From Auanema rhodensis (lineage: Eukaryota; Animalia; Nematoda): a stretch of DNA of 64,000 nucleotides. The notes beneath the pieces were generated by a model, which was given only the letters and a program-made list of their open reading frames with translations, ran no database searches and was not told the DNA's origin. Location: the NCBI GenBank assembly GCA_964057225.1, contig OZ059899.1, positions 8,866,001 through 8,930,000 of the forward strand, written 5' to 3'. A program made the position numbers and the translations under genes. Each line of letters opens with the position of its first letter. Positions within the stretch are counted from its first letter, which is position 1. This document shows positions 36,736-48,677 of the stretch, in pieces.

Positions 36736-37044
36736 TTAACTGCCTATGTCCTTGTCTTGTTCTCTATTTCTTTCACCCTCATCATTTTATTTGTTATATT
36801 CCTCTGTCTTCGTTCTCCATACTTGGTGGTCACTGCAAAGGAATGGAAATTGGATTTGCGTTTCAACGAGAGTGAATTGCCGGAATCTACATCTTATTCC
36901 TCCACTTATCCACTGCTTAACTCTCATCATCACCGCCATCATCACCATTACATGGTGCTTTTCGGGGAGAAAACCCTGGTCGCGCTCTCTTCAGAATTTG
37001 TCCTTGTGCTTCCTCCGAAATTAAAGAAAATTCAGATGTTCTAA
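36736..37044 (+). CDS. Possible single-TM, His-tract exon or small gene; 5' end unresolved
   Basis: Open frame LTAYVLVLFSISFTLIILFVIFLCLRSP...SHHHRHHHHY...KIQMF* following CTCTAG; GC-richer than the flanks. Confidence 0.4.
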   Translation, partial: LTAYVLVLFSISFTLIILFVIFLCLRSPYLVVTAKEWKLDLRFNESELPESTSYSSTYPLLNSHHHRHHHHYMVLFGEKTLVALSSEFVLVLPPKLKKIQMF

Positions 37045-37535
37045 GATATAACTAATCAGTTCTGGATAGTAGGTTAGTGATGATGATGTTCATCTCCTTC
37101 TTTCAGCTCTTCGATTTCATTTAGTTCAGGAAATTTAATCAATGTCTTTCACTAAAACGATTCAGCTAATGTTATTTTGTGCCTGAAAAGTGAACTAGAA
37201 AACAAGGTAACGAACTTTTGAAAAAAAAATGAAAAGCCCATCATAATACAAAATTATTTTATTTTAACGCTTTGCGCCATATACATGTATGTATGTAAAA
37301 ACTGAACATTACACCTTTTTGTGGGAAATTCAAGTTATTTGTTTACTTTCTAACATCAATAAAACTGATTACTCTTAACATATTAGAGAATAAACATCAT
37401 GAAACTTTTCATAATTAACATGCATCTGAACTATAAGTGATCAAAAATATTTACAGATATGAAAAGAGTGTTAAATAAAACCAAAATATCTGTTGATGAT
37501 AAGCACTCTTCCATTAAAAAATTATATTTGATTAA

Positions 37536-38016
37536 TCATCTATGATATCTGGAACTTTGCCCAGAATTTCCATTATGACCATGTTGTATATGATAAACAC
37601 GTCCTGGAGCATTAAAGTAAACTTCCCGGTGGTCAGCGTGTTCCTTTTGCCATCTGTATGATGAACGTACTGCTCGTAATATATAGCATACTACCAGCGA
37701 TGAACACACTAATAGAACTATCAAGAATGATATAACCATTAGCCACCTATAAAATAAGAATAAAAAGACTTGTTTCGAGACAAACGAGAAAAAAATCTCA
37801 TGTGTGACATACATGATGAATCTTGGATCAATAGGAACACACATGAACTTCTGGCCCAAACCATTACATTTATCAACAAAAATACATTCTGATTTGTCGC
37901 AATGTGATCGGCCTGAAAACTTTAGTAGACTATGAGATTATACTGAGAGAATTGAACTCACAAACATCCAAAGTGTCATGGCAAACCATTTGTTCAGTAT
38001 ATACAGCGTTTCCCAT
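37536..38016 (-). CDS. Small single-pass membrane protein with six-cysteine N-terminal domain (3 exons, about 121 aa)
   Basis: MGNAVYTEQMVCHDTLDVCRSHCDKSECIFVDKCNGLGQKFMCVPIDPRFIM-WLMVISFLIVLLVCSSLVVCYIL-RAVRSSYRW...RYHR*; splice phases consistent. Confidence 0.7.
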
Positions 38017-38476
38017 AGTTACAGAATATATTCAAAAATCTATATATATAAAAAACAAATGAATTTTTCTCAAAAAAATATATAACTTAAAAGATAAAAT
38101 AATTCTCTTGAAGAATGTAAAGAAATAAGACAAAATGAAAGAGAACAAGTGAACAATGGATACAGACAAAAACTGGTCAACGCCCCACAAACCTGAACAT
38201 GAAATTTCATTTGATAAACAGCAAGAGTTAACCTAAGATCAACTATAGGTGGTTTTTTTTCTGTTTTCCCAAAATTCTTTGAAGAAAATTTGAAGGAAAA
38301 AAATAATTCCTCGCGAATAAATATCATAAAAAATTAAATTGATGAAAATAGGAGCACACTCGATACTTTCAGAATTAATAAAAAGCACGTATAACTCTCC
38401 TGTTTTTATTTCTTCAAATGTACATGATATAGTGTTTAAAATAAAAGTTTAGCAATACACAACAACATTAGTATCT

Positions 38477-39055
38477 TCAATTCTTCAAAATTTTGTTAGC
38501 TTGAGCATTGTGCTCATTAATTTTTCTTTTTCGTGAAACCGAGGTTAGCTGATTTCTCAAAGCAGTTGCTACTTGTAAAGGTTGTCTAAAAGTCATATAT
38601 CAAATATATTTAGAAGTATGATTAACTTATTAATAGAAGAACAGTCGTCAAATATCTCATCAGTTTCATCCTCATCCGCTTCTGGTTCAAAACCAAACTC
38701 ATTGTATTCTGTCACTTTGGTGAGAGACTTACTACCAGAATGAGGTTCTCTGTTTTCACTTAAATAAGTCAATAAAAATTAAAATATTAATAAAATAAAC
38801 CTATTATTCATTATTTCATCAGTTGCTTCAATACTATCATCTGTAGTATCCACTATCTAAAATTAAAATTAATATGTCATGAATACCAAATCAAACCTCA
38901 AAAGTTAGTTCAAAATTTTCTGCTTCATTTATAGAGGCATTGAGATTATTAAGCTCAGCAATTGTTTCAGGGCTTGGTTCACGGGGAGGTGACCTTAAGC
39001 TGCGGTTCAAAGGATTATAGACTACATCTTGATCAGAGTCAGATTCACTTGACAT
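38477..39055 (-). CDS. Small acidic low-complexity protein with C-terminal basic NLS-like RKRK (4 exons)
   Basis: MSSESDSDQDVVYNPLNRSLRSPPREPSPE...FE|IVDTTDDSIEATDEIMNN|SENREP...FEPEADEDETDEIFDDCSSIN|KQPLQVATALRNQLTSVSRKRKINEHNAQANKILKN*; GT-AG junctions in phase. Confidence 0.7.
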
Positions 39056-39288
39056 GATTGAGACACGTGAAGAAATCCGAGCACGAGGTAACTTTCTCAA
39101 AATTACAAAATCGTCGGTATTTATTCAAAATAAAACTTTCGCGGGTTCTTTGTGGGTTGCCGCAGGGGGGCTTCGATACACGCGACGCAAACGTTCTGCA
39201 AAATGATGTTCTTGCGAGGTGGCTTCGCATTCCGTCCTAGTATTTATAAGCCGCCAACTAAATATTGAGCAACTTCTCTGTGCCTTAG

Positions 39289-39650
<362 letters not shown>

Positions 39651-39758
39651 TAAATAGCTTCACTAATTTATCTCATGTAAATAAATAATTTGTTTATTAT
39701 AAATCCCAATGTTATGGAAATTAAATACGAAAACGGAATGAGTATCATCGATTCGATT

Positions 39759-40246
39759 TTACTTGCTTGAAGTATATTTAGTAACGGCTTTTGTTCCTTC
39801 GGATACAGCATGTTTCGCCAATTCACCGGGCAAAATTAATCTGACTGCTGTTTGAACCTGTAAAGTATTCATAAGCAGAATGTAATAATAATCGAATCTT
39901 ACTTCACGAGATGAAATGGTAGAACGTTTATTATAATGTGCAAGTCGGGAAGCTTCAGCAGCAATTCTTTCGAAAACATCATTAACGAACGAATTCATGA
40001 TAGACATAGCTTTAGATGAAATACCAGTATCAGGATGAACCTATAACATTTATAAAAAAAAAAATATATATACATTGAATTGTTGAAAAAATAAATGTTT
40101 AAACTCACTTGCTTGAGCACCCTGTATACATAGACAGAGTAACTCTCCTTTCTACTTTTTCTCTTCTTTTTGTCAGTGCCAGACCGGCCAACCTTTTGTG
40201 ACTTTGCAGCCTTTTTGGCTCCTTTTGCTGATGGTTTTGGGGGCAT
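39759..40246 (-). CDS. H2B: Histone H2B (exons 40246-40109, 40040-39903, 39857-39759)
   Basis: [15 protein letters not shown]...[14 protein letters not shown]|[21 protein letters not shown]...SSRE|[32 protein letters not shown]. Confidence 0.99.
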
Positions 40247-40406
40247 ATTTGAGAGAGGGATGCTGGGAACAGCGCTATAGAAGTATATATAATAAATTGC
40301 AAGCCAGAGACCACGCCCCCACGTTAGCAAGGCGGAGCTGGCTTTTAATTCTGCTTTGTGCGACACATATTCATTTTAGACTCACGTATTCTGTAAATCT
40401 TTCGAA
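40247..40406. promoter_or_regulatory. Divergent H2B/H2A promoter
   Basis: 160-bp spacer between divergent ATGs with TATA-like tatatataataaa and a GC-rich core. Confidence 0.65.
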
Positions 40407-40902
40407 ATGAGTGGCCGTGGTGGAAAAGGAGGAAAAGCTAAATCTGGTGGTAAATCTAAATCGCGATCCACCCGTGCTGGATTACAATTTCCAGTAGGTC
40501 GTCTTCATCGAATGTTAAGAAAGGTTAGTGCACTATTAAAAGTATTTCGAATATTAAAAATTGGTTTCAGGGTAACTATGCCAAACGTGTTGGAGCTGGA
40601 GCCCCCGTTTATCTTGCAGCAGTTCTAGAATATTTAGCTGCTGAAGTTCTTGAATTAGCTGGTAATGCAGCCCGTGATAACAAGAAATCTCGCATTAATC
40701 CCCGCCATCTGCAGGTAATTGTAATATAATTAATTTACAGATGAATAAATGACAGGTACAAAAAACATATTTTTAGTTGGCAGTACGTAATGATGAAGAG
40801 TTGAATCGACTGCTATCAGGAGTTACAATAGCTCAAGGAGGAGTATTGCCCAACATTAATGCACAGCTTCTTCCCAAGAAGACATCTGGAAATGACGAAT
40901 AA
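40407..40902 (+). CDS. H2A: Histone H2A (exons 40407-40523, 40571-40714, 40777-40902)
   Basis: [12 protein letters not shown]...[17 protein letters not shown]|[48 protein letters not shown]|[10 protein letters not shown]...[11 protein letters not shown]; no SQ(E/D)Y tail. Confidence 0.99.
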
Positions 40903-41061
40903 TTCTGTTCATACAACTATGGATAAGAAGTAATTTATTTACCCAAAAAAAAATATTCTAAAACATCACTATATTTCTTCAAAAATAAACTACTTTGTAC
41001 ATCGATTGAAAGAACCGTAACCATGATATCGAATGAGATACATTAAGATATGATTAATCAT

Positions 41062-42531
41062 CTATGACACATATAATGAATCGTCTTCTTCAAATTGAAA
41101 ATGTAAATCATTAAAAGACAGCCTGTAAGATGGATTAAGATCAGAACACAAAATTTGCTCGCGCAGAACATTTCGAATCTGAAAAGTACCAAGCATTTTT
41201 AGATGGGTCGTGAAAATCAAGATAGTAAAGTATATATAGAAAGAAAAAGTATTACCTGCATGCAGATGAAGCCTAAAACATTTAAACCATTTCCAATAAT
41301 GGGCAAATATGGAAAATTATGATGATCAGCCATGTCTTGAGGTACCTGAATTCGTAGGCATAAAACTAAAACTTACTAGAAGACTTTGTAGAAAAGTTAG
41401 AATACTGACTTTAATAAGACGACCCTCATTACGCTGTGCCCACATCTTCACTTCTTGATCTGTGGACTGAGTTCCATAAAAGCCATCACTATTAAAATAC
41501 AATCTTCGATTACAAAGTTTCATCTTCAATACCTTTCATAACAGTGAGCTAGTAAGGCATTTCCAGTATTTAATAATTGCATCCCAAGTTCGGGGTTTTG
41601 ACAAAACTTTTGACGCAGGGCATATAATAATATAGCGGGACCTTTCTCTCGCCGCCAACGCTCTACCTATAACCTTAATTTTGTTATCATAGATGAACAA
41701 GCACAAACATTTTCAGGACCAGCAATTGGACATAGAAGATTCCGTGTGATTACTTTAGCTTGCATTGGATTCGCGATCTTCAAAAACATATTTAGCTTAT
41801 GATATATTGTAATTGGAGAACTTCTCTAAGATTTTCTCCGAAACCAGGACCTCCAAGCATAAATAATTTGGTAGCTTGGTAATAATGCTCTACTGATGGA
41901 TACACGTTCCCATTTATAGTGATAGAACACTGAAAAAATAGAACTTATTAAACTTACTATTCCTCGTTGTTTTACCATGAAGAAATTGGATAAGAAATTA
42001 TTTCTGCCCGAAAAACAAATGATATTCTGAGGATCAATTAATATATCGTAAGACGGAATAGGCAGGTGTGTTTGAGAACTGTTAGAAAAATCTAGGTTAT
42101 CATGATAATTGTTAAAGGGACCTGAGCTGAACCTAAAGTAGAAAACTTGAAGATAGAACAATTTTGAAGATAACACTAACCGATAATTATTGTTCATATT
42201 AAAATTATTAAAACTATTTGTTGCAAATGCTTCATATCCAGCAGGGGGTGAATTTAATTCATCAGGAAATGTATTGAAATTCTGATCTTGTTTCAGACTA
42301 ATTAGCAACCTCGGCTTTCTCCTTTTTTTGGTACTATTTCTCTTCTATAAATCATTAAAAAATGACAATTTATAATAATTTTCGCAGTACATCACGAGTC
42401 TCCGAAACTAAAAATACGCTACGATCATTACCAGTCTCTTCGAAGGTTTGGGTATTTTGATGTACCGTTATCCTCAGACTTCTAAAATCTCCATCTCTCC
42501 TACATCTTTTTAAATTTTGTTTACTAGACAT
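41062..42531 (-). CDS. NADAR (YbiA-like) domain protein with low-complexity N-terminus
   Basis: Motifs IICFSGRNNFLSNFF, YPSVEHYYQATK, ALRQKFCQNPELGMQLLNTGNALLAH, DGFYG and GNGLNVLGFICMQIR match the NADAR pattern (FSNF, EHYxQAxK, KFxQN, LLxTG, GxNxLGxxLMxxR). Confidence 0.88.
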
Positions 42532-42656
42532 CTATAACTGAATAGCAAATTAAAAACATATATATTATATAAAAATACTAGACATGAAGAAACATAAAAA
42601 AAAACTTTAAGGCGTTATCTGCATTGTTAATTTATTCAATATTAATCACATTTTAA

Positions 42657-44560
42657 TCACTGTAGTTGAGCATCTACATAATAGGACTGAACATGGAAAA
42701 ACCTCAGAGGTGGAAAGGCCTACAAATAGTTATTTTAAAATTTTTTTGAAAGTATCAGCTACTTGAGTGTCCTTTTCCGGTTCTAAATTAACGGTAGATT
42801 GAGCGCCATCAAAATAGGTGGTTGTGCAAATATTCTTTTCCCAAGCTAAACCCCATTTATTTCCTTTTCTTTTTACAAAAGTTAATTGAATCTGAAAGTC
42901 ACTGCGTGTTACCTGAAAAAAAAATTAGAAAACATCATTATACGGCAATGAAACCCCATAGTCCAGTGCTGCTTGATGTCGTGACTTTCTATATTTTCTG
43001 GGTTCAGGTGGAATAATATCATTTCTATGAAGCTAGAAAACGTAAAATTAAAACTTTTTAAATTTCTTATCAATATTAGCCAAATAATGAAATGAAACTC
43101 GAAGAATTCAGCTGCGAGAAATGATTGTAAAAAAAACAATTTCACAATTTCGAAAGTTTAATTTTGAAATAAACAACCTTTGCGCAAATTTTATTTCCAC
43201 TTCTCCACCATTTTCCCTTTAAAACATTAGTGTCATTTCCAGCTATTGATATTGATCTTATAGTTTGAGCTGCATTTTGAGGCAAGTCTGACGTTGTCGT
43301 CATTAGGATGGTTCCTGAAGAAAGATGAGCATAGATATTCCTTCGAAGAATCAGTTATACCGTTAGCGAAAAATCTGATTAACCTAAAATAAGTCACGGA
43401 ATACCAAGGACGAAATTTGTCATCCTAAGTTGAACCTAGGTTTGTAATATAGAATTAAATTCAAACCTGAAAGCTAGTTTCACCGTGACGAATATATGTG
43501 CTTTTAGCTACATAAACACCAAAAAAATGTAAATGTGCATTTTGAATGTAACGATCTTTCCAAAGTAAGTCAGGAGTTTCATTTTTAATCTGATGAGCTA
43601 AATCCTCACCCATTGTTTCAATACTGATACTACGCCATATTTCGTTGTCCCTGAAAAGAATATTTCTCAAATTCACGCATACTGATTGGACTACCGCGAA
43701 AGAACGTAGAAAAACGAAGATACTTCCGAAACTGTTATTAGTGAGCGAATATCCAAATGTTTCCCCACAACACATTTTAAAATAATTCTCAGTATTTCTT
43801 GTGGCAAATCAAGAAGACTACAGGGTAGATCTGAAGTATTACATCGTGAATATACAGAAAATCAAAACCAACTCTTATTATCTTTTTCGAAGTACGTTCC
43901 TCTATCACTGATTCGATGCTGAAAAACGCTGAGTAAACGATTTGCTTCATAATCAGAAAATCTCGATCGCGATGTAGATCGTTGGAATGTAGGCTGAAAA
44001 AACGCTCATTAACTAGTTTGCAAAGAGCCAGGGAATACATTAGGTACATGGTGGTAAATCCTTTTCTCAATATCTGGAACAAGTTTAAGAGCTTTCGTAT
44101 ATCGTCTCACAGCTTCAGACATATCACCATTTTTTTCGTGTTCAACTCCTTCTAGGAAAAATTTGGTCGCCTTAAACATTATAGTAACCTGCCACATATT
44201 CGAAATAATAAATGTTGGATGATAGTAGCTCATACTTTTTCAATGGAATCATCGCTATCCTGTGGATCTTGATGTTTTGGGGGGATAGTTTTCTGTTTTA
44301 TTTCTTGTTTCCATTGCTCTCGGAATGAATCTAAATCAGGAATAGTCTAAACGAAAATAGTTGCGAAGGTAAAAAGAAAAGATTTGCCTCGCTTAGAGTG
44401 CTTTCAGCTAGCGCAAAAGCCAGAGTGTCCGTACTCTCAGATGGCAGAGAAGGCAACGGTGGATTTAAACTATTTTCCTAAAGTAATCGTACCCCAATTG
44501 AATGTTTTGTTCACATACCCTGGTTTTTTGACCTGTCGCATTTTTTTTATGGGGATCCAT
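42657..44560 (-). CDS. FBXO9: F-box only protein 9 ortholog
   Basis: LDSFREQWKQE; TPR-like ATKFFLEGVEHEKNGDMSEAVRRYTKALKLVPDIE; F-box LDIRSLITVSEVSSFFYVLSRDNEIWR; diagnostic HFFGVYVAKSTYIRHGETSFQDDKFRPWYSVTYFRLIRFFANG. Confidence 0.9.
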
Positions 44561-45527
44561 TTATTAAGTATAAAGTTCCCATGTGACTATCTCCGATGTA
44601 CGATCAAAGCAAGCTCTGAATTAGGAAAAAAATGCAAAATCGAATCTTGAATAAAACAGAATTATCTTAAAATTAGCAGCTTGCTATATAACTTTCAAAA
44701 TTACTTTATTCAGCAAATGATATATAAGTGTCGTTTGTTAACTGTAGCGGGTTTTAACAGTTCATGAAGTTGTAAGAAAGATATATCGTCGGTAATAAAC
44801 GAATTTTGATCATGATCAAAACAATGCTCATAGAAATGTTTTATATTTATTAACCGGCGAAATTAGTGAACTGTTATTTTTTTCTTCCCTTTCCCTTCTT
44901 CTACGATCTGGAATATTAGCTAAGGCTTTAATAGCTACATGCAGCTAGTATTAACACACATATCAAGTACTAAAGTGACGATGATCTTCTTTGCGTTAAA
45001 CCAAGTGAATTATAAATAGTTCTTTTAATGACTCTCGAGACTCCTGTATTTCTCGCATAGAAACGGAAATATCCAAATTCGAATGTTCCAATTGTTCCCT
45101 ACAACGAAAAATGAGAATATTTCAGCCAAAAGAATCCATATCATTTTAAATGATTATGTTTTCCAAACTAAATGAACTTGATTTGTATGATGATGACACA
45201 CATAACATTTAAGAAAATAAAAATAATTTTTAATCATTATGCAATCAAATAATTTAAATATGAGATGAAAATGAAAGGATAAATCGTATTGATTTCATCC
45301 TTAAGAATGGAATTGTAAGAGCAAGTCGAGGGCAGTGATGCGGATGAATCAGTTTGATAAGATAACAAATGTTTTTGTTTATTTAAAAAATATCTAGAAG
45401 CCCTCTTAAAATAACTTAACAAAAACATTAAGTCAAACTCTTACGTAGTAGTTAAACAGGTTAGTATACGAAAAGTTTCATTCTTAATTTTCGTCTATGC
45501 AGTTGTAACCATCATTGCGAACTTTTG

Positions 45528-46825
<1,298 letters not shown>

Positions 46826-46913
46826 TATTTTCTAAAATAAAAAAAAATAGTATACTCATAAAATAACAGGTTGTATTCATAGATATAAGAAGATAATATG
46901 TTCACAGTAACCC

Positions 46914-46928
46914 GGCGGGAAATTCAAA
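46914..46928 (+). promoter_or_regulatory. E2F-site/CHR-like composite element GGCGGGAAATTCAAA in the thymidylate synthase promoter
   Basis: 89-103 nt upstream of the TS ATG. TS is a classic E2F target. A second E2F-like TTTCGCCAAA lies near 47082. Confidence 0.7.
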
Positions 46929-48677
46929 TTCCAGAAATGTCGCACTAAAGTACAAAAATCCCTTTAATCCTTTAATCCCTGTAATGGTTTAAGCTGTTTT
47001 TGCGATTTAACCTTTGATAGTATTGTTAATTATTCAAAATTTGAGCCTCCTTTTCTAAAATTTCGTAAATTGCACCAGTATTTTCGCCAAACAAAGAATA
47101 TATCGAATAATACTCGAAATAATTTTAAATAGTAGGACAATTGGACGAAAAAGTGAAAGAATTAGTTAATTTTAAAAATGTATCTTATAAAAAAAAACAT
47201 ACAGTCATGTGCGATGAAAGTCGGACACCTACTAGAAACCCTTATATCTTCTCAAGTAAACTACAAAAATTCAGAAAAAAAAAATTTTTAGTGTTAATAA
47301 ACGATAATTAATTTAGAAAAAGTTTAAAACATTTAAAAAACCATGTTTAAAAGTATTTTCTGGAGTGTTCGAAATTTTCATAATCTGCTTGAAGTCTTCT
47401 TTTTTGAATTTCAAAAGTTTCATCAAGTTCAGAAATTATTTTTTTATAGAAATTTTTTATAGAACTGGTTGTACATCAACCAAGTTCTCTTCATAGATAT
47501 TTAGTAAGATTCAGATGCTGAAACTTACTTGTTTGAAGCTATGTTGCAGAAAAAAACTTAGTTATTGATTGAGCTTTGTGCTTAGAATCATTTTGAAATA
47601 TTTTTAATGAATTAACTTGTTTCTTTCTCAAATTTTGTTAAATCTAAAGGGATTATTCAAAATAACTAAAAAACACTATTTTTCCTTATAAATTTAGAAA
47701 TAATATTGAAATCAATTTTAGTTATATTAACATATATTTTGACTGAATATAAACTAGATGAACTCACAAAATTTTTGAAAATAAAAAATTTTTTTTTTGT
47801 AGTTTTATGGGGTTTTCTGGGGCCTCTAACATAGGGGTATGCAACCTTCATCGCACAGGACTGTAGCAGTGCATCCTTTTCGAGCTTATCGGCAATCGGC
47901 TTATCGTTTTGAATTGAAATAGATATGATTTTGACGAAGAAAAACAATATCAATAACGATAGTCACAAGTAGTACAAAGAGCTAGTAGTAAGCTTTGCTG
48001 TTTTGGTTGGAATCTAACGTGAAAAAGGTTAAAAAAAAGTGAAAATGAACTAAATCAATAAAAATATTTTTTTTTCTGAATTAAGAGTTTTCAATTGAAA
48101 ATATAAAGAAAATTATTTACTGCTAAATAAGTGATTTTTTTATGTAGTTCATATTAACCTGAGACATGGTGGGAGAGCTATTCAACATCTGAAAAATACA
48201 GGCATTTAAAATCGCCGATTTACTAGTTATATTGGAAATTACGGTATCTTTAAGAAAATAGAGAAATGAGGAAGCGAACAGATAACCGTTATTTCAAAAT
48301 ACAAATGGACCACAAGGTAAATTTTCATTAGATGTCATTAAATTAAAATTTAGTTTAAGGATTCCAAGTTGGTTTAAAGTTACATTTGATTTTTTTATAT
48401 ATTTTATGTTTATTACCGTGAGTACAACAGTAAAATTAATAAGACAAAGTTAGTTTGAAAATGTTTTTATAAATCTTATACAACAACAGCATTTATAAAT
48501 ATTAATAATTGTTGTTTGGAAATACGCGCATTATTTTGGACATGGTGAAGGCGATTTAGATTGCACAGGCTCTTAGAGTCATTATAGGCAGAATGCTCTG
48601 GATAATATGGGTTTAAAACTATCTTATATTAATGATAATCAAGTGGTCTGAGAATATTTCATAAATAATAGCTTCTG

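Noticed and set aside
40777-40902. H2A.X or H2A.Z identity
   Set aside because: No SQ(E/D)Y tail and no H2A.Z-specific residues; canonical-type H2A.
47666-47953. 95-aa ORF or transposon remnant in a GC-richer patch
   Set aside because: No terminal inverted repeats, no transposase motifs and no second copy in the window.
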